A stretch of DNA of 64,000 bases, taken from Candidatus Woesearchaeota archaeon (GTDB taxonomy: Archaea > Nanobdellota > Nanobdellia > Pacearchaeales > GW2011-AR1). Every line of letters starts with the position of its first letter. Positions within the stretch are counted from its first letter, which is position 1. The notes beneath the pieces were generated by a model. That model searched no databases. It was given only the letters and a program-made list of their open reading frames with translations, and was not told the origin of the DNA. Below, piece by piece: positions 18,466-27,204 of this stretch. Position numbers and translations under genes: made by a program. Location of the stretch: assembly GCA_964575515.1 (NCBI GenBank), contig CAZNQS010000001.1, forward strand, positions 5,403 through 69,402, written 5' to 3'.

Positions 18466-19632
18466 TCAAACCTTTTTCAAAAACTCAATCTCCTCATCAC
18501 TCAAATCAAGATGCTTCTGCACCTTCGAGTTTTGCAAAATTGGCATTAATAAGCTGAAGTCTCTCATAGCTCTCTTCGTAGAGCAATGCACCAATCTCGC
18601 GTATTTTTTTGCAATTGTTTTCTTCTTCTCTGTTTTCCGATTATGAAGCCAGATTTTCAATACTCTCTTAGGCCTCTCATAACTCGTAAAGCCCGCGAGA
18701 GGCATTTTCTTTGCATATGATATTCCAGCACTCTGAAAAATGCTCTGATATTGCAAAAATCTCCAATATTGATTCCTGTAAATCCTGCCCCTAAACACGT
18801 CGGCATTTCCCAAGGCATAATATGCCCTTACAAGCGCATCGTTTTTATATTCCCTGGGAATATTCTCCTCTATCCAAAGAAATATCTCGTCAAGTGAAAG
18901 CGAAGAATTTTCAAAAATATCTAAAAAATCCCCTCGTTCCTTGAACAGCCTTCTCATAATATGAAAAATATTCTCCTCCATATCCCGCTTTTCAGAACTA
19001 TCAACTTTCAAATCGCTGATTGAAGAAAAAGATTGTAAGTCGTTTAAAGCCGCTCTGACATCGCCTTGTGACTTAATTGCAATTAATCTCAAAAATTTCT
19101 CGTCCTTTTTCAAGCCCTCTTTTTGCACAACATTCTTAAGTATAGAGATTATTACCTCAATTCCTAAGGGCTTTAATTCAACAATTCTTGATTTTGCCCT
19201 CACAGGAGATAATTTTGATTGCCATATATCATTGCACGTCATTATTATAGGAAATTTTGTTGCCTGAATTATTCTCACTAACTCTGGAATGCCTCCCTTA
19301 TCAGTGCCTGTTACGCCATCGAGCTCGTCCATTAAGATAATCTTTCCTTTTTTTGCAAGGCTCTGCTGAATTGTTGCAGGGGCTAATATATCTCCCAGCT
19401 TCTCTCTATTCCTCAAGTCAGATGCATTTAATTCAAATATCTCCATGTTATTTTCCCTTGCAACAGCATGAGCCAGAGATGTTTTCCCTGTGCCCGGCAG
19501 CCCATAGAAAATTAGCGCTTGTTTTTTTGGGAATTCTTTTATAAAAGACTTTATCTTTTCTATTGCTTCATTCTGTCCAACTATATCTCTATAATTTCTT
19601 GCCCGATATTTTTCAGCGTATGTAAAATGCAT
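18466..19632 (-). CDS. rfcL: replication factor C large subunit
   Basis: YRARNYRDIVGQ, Walker A GLPGTGKTS, DELD and AAA+ clamp-loader boxes. Confidence 0.88.
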   Translation of the reverse strand: MHFTYAEKYRARNYRDIVGQNEAIEKIKSFIKEFPKKQALIFYGLPGTGKTSLAHAVARENNMEIFELNASDLRNREKLGDILAPATIQQSLAKKGKIILMDELDGVTGTDKGGIPELVRIIQATKFPIIMTCNDIWQSKLSPVRAKSRIVELKPLGIEVIISILKNVVQKEGLKKDEKFLRLIAIKSQGDVRAALNDLQSFSSISDLKVDSSEKRDMEENIFHIMRRLFKERGDFLDIFENSSLSLDEIFLWIEENIPREYKNDALVRAYYALGNADVFRGRIYRNQYWRFLQYQSIFQSAGISYAKKMPLAGFTSYERPKRVLKIWLHNRKTEKKKTIAKKYARLVHCSTKRAMRDFSLLMPILQNSKVQKHLDLSDEEIEFLKKV

Positions 19633-19676
19633 TTTATAGAATAAGAAACAGGGTTTTTATGGATTGTTGTGCTATG

Positions 19677-20186
19677 TCAAGGTTTTGTTAAATCAATATA
19701 GTAATGCGGGCACAAATTTCTCTTTACATCTAACCATATAGGGGCTTTTGTTCTATCTTTGTGTTCTTCTAGAACTACTTTAGATAAATCTTCATATCTT
19801 GCATTCCATCTTCTATCATTAAATTTGTATAAAGCTTCTTCTTCATGTCCTTCTTCTCTTGCTGTTTGTTCGGCTAAAACATCGCCTTGAGTTTTTGTCC
19901 ATGTGCAATTAAATATTCTTTTACTTGTGAATTTTCTTTGCCCATTTCTATGATTTGGATTATAGTCACACAAGTCGCAGATTTGAGTTGCTGAATAATC
20001 AATGTATAACATTTTTAAAAATGATCTATAATCTTCAGAGCCCCTTGCTCTTTTACGAGCATTTTTCAGATCAATTCCATGTTGTTCCGCCTGCTTAACA
20101 AACAAATTCCATTGCTCATCATTTGCAATAATTTCCAATACTTTTTCTTCTGCCTGCGCCCACATTCTATCTGAATTTTTTCTCAT
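19677..20186 (-). CDS. hypothetical Cys-containing protein
   Basis: 169-aa ORF containing CDLCDYNPNH..C..C. Confidence 0.45.
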   Translation of the reverse strand: MRKNSDRMWAQAEEKVLEIIANDEQWNLFVKQAEQHGIDLKNARKRARGSEDYRSFLKMLYIDYSATQICDLCDYNPNHRNGQRKFTSKRIFNCTWTKTQGDVLAEQTAREEGHEEEALYKFNDRRWNARYEDLSKVVLEEHKDRTKAPIWLDVKRNLCPHYYIDLTKP

Positions 20187-20274
20187 ATTATTGAAGTATA
20201 ATCTCTCTTTATAATTATTTCTGTTATCTATAATCTATGATTACGTTGACTTGCCCTGTAAAAACTAGATTGAT

Positions 20275-20592
20275 TTAAAGAAGAGATGTAATATCACTAT
20301 TATTAGGGCTATTATTTTTCCTATTTTTATAATGCTCATATCTTCTTGCTAAGCCAGTACCAGTAAAAAGACCTGTAAACCATGCCAATCCGCCTATTAA
20401 AGAACTAATAATTAAATTAGAGGCTTGATTTTCATTTATAGCATTTTCTGGATTATACTTATTTAATAAATAATATCCTAAAACAAAACCGCCTAGAGCG
20501 GCAACATTTGCCGTTGATTTTATAAAGAGACTTTGTTTTGGTGTCCATCCCAATCTAACAAAATTATCATGATTATAATTATTATCTTCCAT
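20275..20592 (-). CDS. small membrane protein
   Basis: Two TM segments. Confidence 0.4.
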   Translation of the reverse strand: MEDNNYNHDNFVRLGWTPKQSLFIKSTANVAALGGFVLGYYLLNKYNPENAINENQASNLIISSLIGGLAWFTGLFTGTGLARRYEHYKNRKNNSPNNSDITSLL

Positions 20593-20656
20593 TATATTTT
20601 ACCTTATAGGGCATTTATAAATCTTTTTACAATATCTGATTTGTAATTAGAAATAA

Positions 20657-21625
20657 TTATGTCGACTTGCCTTGTCCAGCTAAAACAAAAGAGGCTAAAA
20701 GAGCCTGCAATTGCACAAACTCGTCAGAGCCCTCTATCATCCTAAACTCTATTTCGCCTGTCTTTTCAGTGAGCTTGATTTTTATCTCCGGCTCAATCTG
20801 CAAATTCCATATCTCTTTCTGGATAGCCTTGATAATGTCAACTCCAGAAATGCTGTCCTTAAGCATGACATCAAGCAGTTTGTCCTTTGCGCTGATAAAG
20901 TCCCCTGCAAGAGCGTAATCAATGACAACTTTTATATCCCTTGGTTTTGTTGAGGCAAGAATCATGTTAATCATGTCTTCATTTATATTGAGAGATATTG
21001 AAGCTGTCGTCTGCAATAAATTAATAGTGCGCCTACAATCTCCCTCAGAGCCGTCATAAAGCGCGTCAAAAGCCCCGTCGCTGATTGCAAGCTTTTCGTT
21101 CTCTGCAATTCTCTTTATCACCTGCACAACATCCTTTTTCTCCAAGAGCTTGAATCTAAAGACAACGCATCTTGATTGTATAGGATCAATAATCCTCGAA
21201 GAATAATTGCATGATAAAATAAATCTGCATGTGTTTGTATAATTCTCCATTGTTCTCCTCAAAGCCTGCTGTGCCTCTCTTGTCAAAGCATCTGCCTCGT
21301 CAAGAAAGACAACCTTAAACGGCATGTTTTCTATCGCCTTTGTCCTCGCAAAATCCTTGACTTTCTGCCTGATTACGTCTATACCTCTCTCGTCGCTTGC
21401 GTTTAATTCCAGATAATTTTCACGCCATCTTTCCTTGAATAGCTCCTTGACGATAATCAAAGCAACAGTTGACTTTCCAGTGCCTGCCGGCCCTGCTAAT
21501 AATAAATGTGGAATGTTTAATGCCTGCACAAGCGATTTCACTCTTTTAAGAATCTCCTGCTGCCCTACAACCTCTTCAAATTTAGATGGCCTATACTTTT
21601 CTGTCCAAATTTCAGATGAATTCAT
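20657..21625 (-). CDS. rfcS: replication factor C small subunit
   Basis: WTEKYRP, GPAGTGKST, DEADALT, SRC motif (QSRC) and CRRTINLLQ. Confidence 0.93.
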   Translation of the reverse strand: MNSSEIWTEKYRPSKFEEVVGQQEILKRVKSLVQALNIPHLLLAGPAGTGKSTVALIIVKELFKERWRENYLELNASDERGIDVIRQKVKDFARTKAIENMPFKVVFLDEADALTREAQQALRRTMENYTNTCRFILSCNYSSRIIDPIQSRCVVFRFKLLEKKDVVQVIKRIAENEKLAISDGAFDALYDGSEGDCRRTINLLQTTASISLNINEDMINMILASTKPRDIKVVIDYALAGDFISAKDKLLDVMLKDSISGVDIIKAIQKEIWNLQIEPEIKIKLTEKTGEIEFRMIEGSDEFVQLQALLASFVLAGQGKST

Positions 21626-21711
21626 AGCTTAATTCAATTTAGCATTTTTATAAAGATTGTTATATAGCAAAAGGCATAATAAATGTTAGAATTACATCAA
21701 AAACTGACTAC

Positions 21712-21828
21712 TTAAGCAGCTCTTTCTCTATGCAGGCGCCTCTTACGCTTTTCTTTCTTCAAAAGCTTGCGCTGCCATTTCCATCTCATTTGGCGTTTTT
21801 TCTTCCATCTCCTTGATGAACGTTTCAT
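21712..21828 (-). CDS. rpl41e: 50S ribosomal protein L41e (38 aa)
   Basis: Own translation gives MKRSSRRWKKKRQMRWKWQRKLLKKEKRKRRLHRERAA. The KRSSRRWKKK.RMRWKW core is typical of archaeal L41e. It is below the ORF-track length cutoff. A TATA-like aagatttataaat lies about 25 nt upstream. Confidence 0.82.
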   Translation of the reverse strand: MKRSSRRWKKKRQMRWKWQRKLLKKEKRKRRLHRERAA

Positions 21829-22071
21829 AAATTTCCTAATAAAATTTGATTTATAAATCTTAGCTCTCTAAATACTTGTAGCTTTCTGAAGCTACGACGA
21901 TATCTTTTAATTACAACTTTAAAAATTGCCTAATTTTCTCAATTGGAAAGGAATATTATTAATTGAATTATATTATTATATCGAAGATAAATTAAACATG
22001 TTTGGCTATTTTATAAACTAACTTCTTAAAATTTGAGGATTTTTACTTCATAAAGGTAAGTAGATATCTAT

Positions 22072-22168
22072 CTATAGTCAAAGACATTAATAATTCCCTA
22101 TTTTGGCTTTGACTATCAAGGGAAAGACATATAAAATTGGTTAAAAACTTATGTCTTTCACTATAACT
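22072..22168. repeat. ~98-nt double-hairpin element, copy B
   Basis: Same architecture as 3401-3498. Stem 2 is identical, and stem 1 carries one compensatory G-C to A-T change. Confidence 0.7.
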
Positions 22169-23245
22169 CTACCCCTCAATATTATTCATCCTTATCTTGC
22201 CAAGCTCTTCTTTAACAATTAAAGCCTTGTCGTCCCCTAATATTTTCTTGTAAAAATCAATATCTGAATAAAGTGACTGCCCAAGAGAGCCTGCCTCATT
22301 TATCAGCTGCGCAACCTCTGCTTCATGCAAAGAAGTCTTGCTCAAAATTCTCCAGCCCTTGACTGCTGGAATTGGCGGCATCAATTCCTCATAGCCCAGT
22401 ATTCTCAATAAATGACTATCATCAAGAATCTCGTCATAATCCAAATCTTCAAGCAAAGTTTTCGACCTCTTAAGATTGAATTGAGTATAATCTTTTATAA
22501 CTAAATCTGTTTCTTCCCCTACATCCTTTAACAACTCTTTAAGCCTTAATTTTAACAAAGCACCCTCTTTGCCTAATTCAATAGTATATTTGTCCAGATT
22601 CTCTGCGATTTTCTGTATTAAATATCCTTTTTGTATGACTTGTATTGCCTGATTTAAACTTGGATAATTTCTCATTTCAAAAAAATTGAGTTTTCCTATA
22701 TACTTATCAAAAAGCTCCCTTTGTTTTTCAAGCAATTGTATGTTTTCGTTAGCTTTTCTAAGCAATTCGCCTGTATTCACAAGAGGATATTTTACGTTCT
22801 TGTAAAACAAATTAATCTCGTGCTTTCTTTCAGAAATAGCGATCACTAAAGTTCCAGCCTGTTTTGCCACCCTTTCTGCAGTCTTGTGTCTTATTCCCGT
22901 CTCGTTAGTTGCTATCTTATTGTCAGGCGCAAGCAAAACATTCACATAATTAATCTTTCTCATATCTTTTGATAATACTATGGCTCCGTCCATCTTGGCA
23001 AGTTCAACAAGTCTTTGTTGAGTAAATCCAACATCTATCTTAAAGCCCCCTTCTAAAATCGGAGCAAGATATTCATCTTCTACAACAATAAGAGCCCCTT
23101 TCTGCGCTTTCAACACTCCGTCAAGCGCCGCTCTTAAATTTGTTCCAGGTGCAACTAATTTTAAAATAGCTGAAAATTCCTCTTCAGAAACTTCGTGATT
23201 TTCCTCTTGAATTATCTTTTCTTGTATTTCTTTTTTTGTTTCCAT
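22169..23245 (-). CDS. disA: DisA-type diadenylate cyclase (DNA integrity scanning protein)
   Basis: LKLVAPGTNLRAAL, GALIVV, KMDGAIVL and ETGIRHKTAERVAKQAGTLVIAISERK, then a helical linker and a C-terminal HhH-like region. It is collinear with bacterial DisA. Confidence 0.88.
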   Translation of the reverse strand: METKKEIQEKIIQEENHEVSEEEFSAILKLVAPGTNLRAALDGVLKAQKGALIVVEDEYLAPILEGGFKIDVGFTQQRLVELAKMDGAIVLSKDMRKINYVNVLLAPDNKIATNETGIRHKTAERVAKQAGTLVIAISERKHEINLFYKNVKYPLVNTGELLRKANENIQLLEKQRELFDKYIGKLNFFEMRNYPSLNQAIQVIQKGYLIQKIAENLDKYTIELGKEGALLKLRLKELLKDVGEETDLVIKDYTQFNLKRSKTLLEDLDYDEILDDSHLLRILGYEELMPPIPAVKGWRILSKTSLHEAEVAQLINEAGSLGQSLYSDIDFYKKILGDDKALIVKEELGKIRMNNIEG

Positions 23246-23709
23246 TAATTAATTCCCCTTTTTATTCTAATTAGATTTTTATTTAATTAATAAGAATATA
23301 TAAATCTTATTACTTATTCATATAAGAATTTCTTAATATATCTTTCTAAGACTTCAAATGGAATTGCAGTATGCATCTACAATTTTAAAAGCCTATTTCT
23401 CCTAGTTTTCTTAGAACATCCTTGATTTCATTGATAAATCTCTGTTGCTCTTTTTTATCAGACGTTCTTAAAAACTTGATTAATAAATCACTTAGTTCCT
23501 CTTTTTTCAGAATTTTTATTTTGAATCCAAACAGCAACAAAATAAAATCTATAAGAACTATGTTTTAGTTCTTTTATAACAATCCCTCCAACTTATCCAA
23601 CAGCCTTGCCTTTATAGGAATTTTCTTCAAGAGTTTTCATTAACTCAATTTACCTTTATATAAGAAGAATTAGCGATAAGATTATTAATATATGATTTTT
23701 ATGTAATAA

Positions 23710-24402
23710 ATGAATAGAGGTGTTAGGGTTACTTATTTAATTATAATAGGTATAATTATTATTTTTATTTTAAGTATTGTAGTACAAAAATATGGAAATT
23801 ATTTCAAGCAAAATATTATTGATAAGGATTCTAATTACCAATACGAAATATGTGATGGGGGTGAGTGTAGATATATTATAATAAACAATATCATAGAGCC
23901 GAGCAGCGAAACGCGCAATGTATGTAATAATCAAGGCTTATGCGAGGATGTTCCAGTGAATAGACTGTTGCTTAAACATGGGACAGATAAGGAATATTGT
24001 TCAAATGCGCCTTATCTTGGATCAAGTTATGTGGATAATTGGTGGAATGCAAATGGCTTGATTGATGAATGCGAAATGCCGCCAAAAGCGGATATGCAAT
24101 TTGCATTTAAGCAGCATAATGGGTCTTTCTTGGGTCATACTGGTACAATCCAAATTACATTAACTCCTATAAATTACGAAAATAATTATCTTGCCTTACA
24201 AATATTGATTGGAGAAGATAATAATTTTGATGAGCTTCCTGATGAATGGATTTTTTGCGGAAATGTTGACAGCATTCATGGAAAGGATAAGAAAATAATT
24301 AATTGTAGCGGAACTAATATGAAATTCGTTAAGTTAGTGAGTCCTGAATGGAATCCTTCTAGTTTGTATTTAGATTATATTTTAATATTGAGGGCAGATT
24401 GA
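23710..24402 (+). CDS. secreted/anchored Cys-rich protein
   Basis: N-terminal TM and multiple Cys residues. The beta-rich C-terminal part may be a carbohydrate-binding-like fold. Confidence 0.45.
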   Translation: MNRGVRVTYLIIIGIIIIFILSIVVQKYGNYFKQNIIDKDSNYQYEICDGGECRYIIINNIIEPSSETRNVCNNQGLCEDVPVNRLLLKHGTDKEYCSNAPYLGSSYVDNWWNANGLIDECEMPPKADMQFAFKQHNGSFLGHTGTIQITLTPINYENNYLALQILIGEDNNFDELPDEWIFCGNVDSIHGKDKKIINCSGTNMKFVKLVSPEWNPSSLYLDYILILRAD

Positions 24403-24616
24403 TTCTGCTGTGCTGGATGCTCGTGGCAGAAGGGTGTGAACTCCACAATATATCTACATCATAGAGATATAACACTCTTAATGTACCCGTATAAAAATAT
24501 TATATTTTCTTCTTTTAGCATATCGAATCGGAATGCAACACACTCAAATTTCAGATGTTTATAATGTAGACAAGATTGTAGAAAAGTTTAAATATGTAGT
24601 CACCTATTAATAGAGT

Positions 24617-25549
24617 ATGTATATTGAGAGAAGGAAAGCAAGGGGTAAGATAAGATACTATTTAGGACATTCATTCAGAGAAGGTGGAAAAGTACATAAA
24701 TTAAGGAAATTTCTTGGCTCTGATTTAGATGAGAAGACTCTTAGTGAGCGGGCAGAAAAGGCCAAAGCTTTAATCTTAGAAGAAATTCAGAAATATCAAA
24801 TTATTCGCGACCCTTTAAAGGTTGAACTTTCTGAAGAAGAGATTGTATATTTACGCAATCTTGAGAAGAAAATTCCGCTTAAAGTAGATCATCTCTCAGA
24901 AAAAGATTGGCAAAGATTTACCGAGTTATTTACCTATAGCACAAACGCGATTGAAGGAAGCGAACTTAACAGTAAAGAAGTTAAAGAAATTCTTGAAGAA
25001 GATAAATGGCCTGATAAATCTAAGGAAGACATTGCTGAAGCCTATGGAGTAAATGATGCAATTGAATTTATTAGGAAAATTAGAGAGCATATCTCTTTAG
25101 AGTTTATACTTGAATTACATAAACTCGTTTTTAAGAATTCCAAAAATTTTGCCGGACAATTTAGAAAACCTGGAGAGGAGGTCGTTGTTATGGGAGGAGG
25201 AAAGATTGTTCATCAAGGTGCACCTCAATCGAGAATTGTTAGACTTTTGAAAGAGCTTATAGAGTGGTATGAGAAAAATAAAAGTAAATATCCGGGTATT
25301 GTATTAGCGGCAGTTGTACATAATCAGTTTGAGAATATTCACCCTTTTAGAGACGGAAATGGAAGAGTGGGAAGATTATTGTTAAATAACATTCTCCTGA
25401 AACATGATTTGCCACCTGTGAATATTGATTTGAAGAATAGGCAGGAGTATTATAAGGCATTACAGTCGTATGATAAGGAATATAACCTGCGACCGATGAT
25501 TGAGCTTATTCTTAAAGAATATAAGACTCTTAAAAGAATTTTGAAGTAA
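24617..25549 (+). CDS. Fic/DOC family protein
   Basis: Canonical Fic motif HPFRDGNGRVGR. Confidence 0.85.
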   Translation: MYIERRKARGKIRYYLGHSFREGGKVHKLRKFLGSDLDEKTLSERAEKAKALILEEIQKYQIIRDPLKVELSEEEIVYLRNLEKKIPLKVDHLSEKDWQRFTELFTYSTNAIEGSELNSKEVKEILEEDKWPDKSKEDIAEAYGVNDAIEFIRKIREHISLEFILELHKLVFKNSKNFAGQFRKPGEEVVVMGGGKIVHQGAPQSRIVRLLKELIEWYEKNKSKYPGIVLAAVVHNQFENIHPFRDGNGRVGRLLLNNILLKHDLPPVNIDLKNRQEYYKALQSYDKEYNLRPMIELILKEYKTLKRILK

Positions 25550-25745
25550 GATAGTGTAGACAAAAAATGTAGACAATTTATATTTTGTAGACATGCTCCT
25601 GCCGAGCAAGAATACAAGTTGTCCAATCTAATGGGACTCTCTCTTTTTTTATTATGTTTGCTGGAGTAATTAAAAAGACGGATTTTTAATAATTCTAGTT
25701 GTTGTTTAAAATAATTTAAAAAAAGAAAAATTAATATCCAATTAT

Positions 25746-26000
25746 TTAATCATTACAACTATTAGGGATTACTTCATCTGGTACTAGTCCTGCAAGATGG
25801 GCTTGAACATCAGCACCAATACCGTCTGTGGTAGAAGCCAGTCCTGAAATAAGTCCACCAAAAGCAGATCCGCCTTGCGCATATCCTGAAACATCTTCCC
25901 CAAGACAAGCCTGATTATTGGGTTGAGCTGCAAATACTAAAGTTACTGAAGTTGCAAGAAGCGCTATAGCCATAAAAGCCATCAAAATTACTTTTTTCAT
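25746..26000 (-). CDS. small secreted protein (84 aa, signal peptide, 2 Cys)
   Basis: MKKVILMAFMAIALLATSVTLVFA. A GGAGGT Shine-Dalgarno lies at 26005-26010. The start was chosen at 26000 rather than 26063. Confidence 0.5.
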   Translation of the reverse strand: MKKVILMAFMAIALLATSVTLVFAAQPNNQACLGEDVSGYAQGGSAFGGLISGLASTTDGIGADVQAHLAGLVPDEVIPNSCND

Positions 26001-26134
26001 TTTTACCTCCGCATTATTTTGAATAAATACCTTCTTTATATACATTATTGTGTTATAAAACAATATAAAATCTGTATGCCCACTAAACTAGACAATTTGT
26101 AAGGATGCTCCTGCCGTAAGTGGAGCAGAGAAGC

Positions 26135-27133
26135 CTAGAGAAAAATATTCCAATAAGTCTCTGTCATCTCCTCGGCCATAAAATCAATAAGTTTTTGATA
26201 ATGTTCTTTATTTGCTTTTGAGAGATATGAAGGATCAGCGGTTCTTAATGCTTGTAAATATTTATCTCGTTTCTTCTTATGCACAATTACCGGAGGATAA
26301 TTGTTATTAATAAGGACAGCATCAAAGAGTATTCTTCCTGTTCTTCCATTACCATCCATGAAAGGATGTATTTTCTCGAATTTATGATGGAAAATAGTTG
26401 CTATAACTAATGGATGGAGATATTTCTTGCTTTGCTCATACCACTTAAATAAGATGTCCATATCAGTTTTTACATAGGGTGCAGGAGTTGCTTTAAAGTT
26501 TGCTCTTATAACTCTAACATCAGATGTCCTGTAACCCATTCTATCATCAATATTTTCCATGAGACTCTTGTGAATATTAATAATTAAATCATGTGAAAGC
26601 TCCTGTTTCTTCTCAAGCAAAAAAAGAAAAACTTTTTCTGTATTCTGCAAATCATAAATTTCTCTTAGGGTTCTATTTTTTGGAGTAAGCCCTTCGTCAA
26701 GAAGTTTCCTTGCTTCATCTAATTTGATAGTATTTCCCTCAATAGAAGCAGTATTATAGGCAAATTCTATAATAAAGTTTTTGTAAATTTCCTGTTTTGT
26801 GGGTGCAGGATTCTTTCGAAACTCGTTATTATAGTGGATTTTACATGCTTCTATTTCGGGAGTCTTGTCACCTAACCATTCATCTTTTTTTAGTTTGCTT
26901 TCCTTGGCTTTTTGAAGATACCGATTTGATTCCAGAAAATTATGGATTGTTTTATATGCTTTTCTTATTTTTTCAGAATGTTGAGGTAACTTTTCTAGAC
27001 TTTGTTTTATCTCCTCAAGAGAGCTTCCTAAGTATGCGATATCTTTTGCGATAACTTTTCCGTTCTTTCTTTCTGACGCTCTAAGGTAATAATATATTTT
27101 ATTTCCTACAGGCTTTTTGTAAATGTATACCAT
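26135..27133 (-). CDS. Fic/DOC family protein
   Basis: Fic motif HPFMDGNGRTGR. The N-terminal region is paralogous to the 24617 ORF. Confidence 0.85.
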   Translation of the reverse strand: MVYIYKKPVGNKIYYYLRASERKNGKVIAKDIAYLGSSLEEIKQSLEKLPQHSEKIRKAYKTIHNFLESNRYLQKAKESKLKKDEWLGDKTPEIEACKIHYNNEFRKNPAPTKQEIYKNFIIEFAYNTASIEGNTIKLDEARKLLDEGLTPKNRTLREIYDLQNTEKVFLFLLEKKQELSHDLIINIHKSLMENIDDRMGYRTSDVRVIRANFKATPAPYVKTDMDILFKWYEQSKKYLHPLVIATIFHHKFEKIHPFMDGNGRTGRILFDAVLINNNYPPVIVHKKKRDKYLQALRTADPSYLSKANKEHYQKLIDFMAEEMTETYWNIFL

Positions 27134-27204
27134 AGTTCTTTGAAGAAAAAAGAGTATTTAAATCTTTACCCTCTACTTTATGATTATCATATGTAGCGGG
27201 TATA

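Larger units (their letters stand above)
24417..27204. mobile_element. array of three small cassettes bounded by direct repeats of the tRNA-Glu 3' end
   Basis: The 12-mer atgctcctgccg occurs at 25593, 26105 and 27204 (the last is the tRNA 3' end itself). A degenerate copy with a T-arm remnant lies at 24417. Confidence 0.55.
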
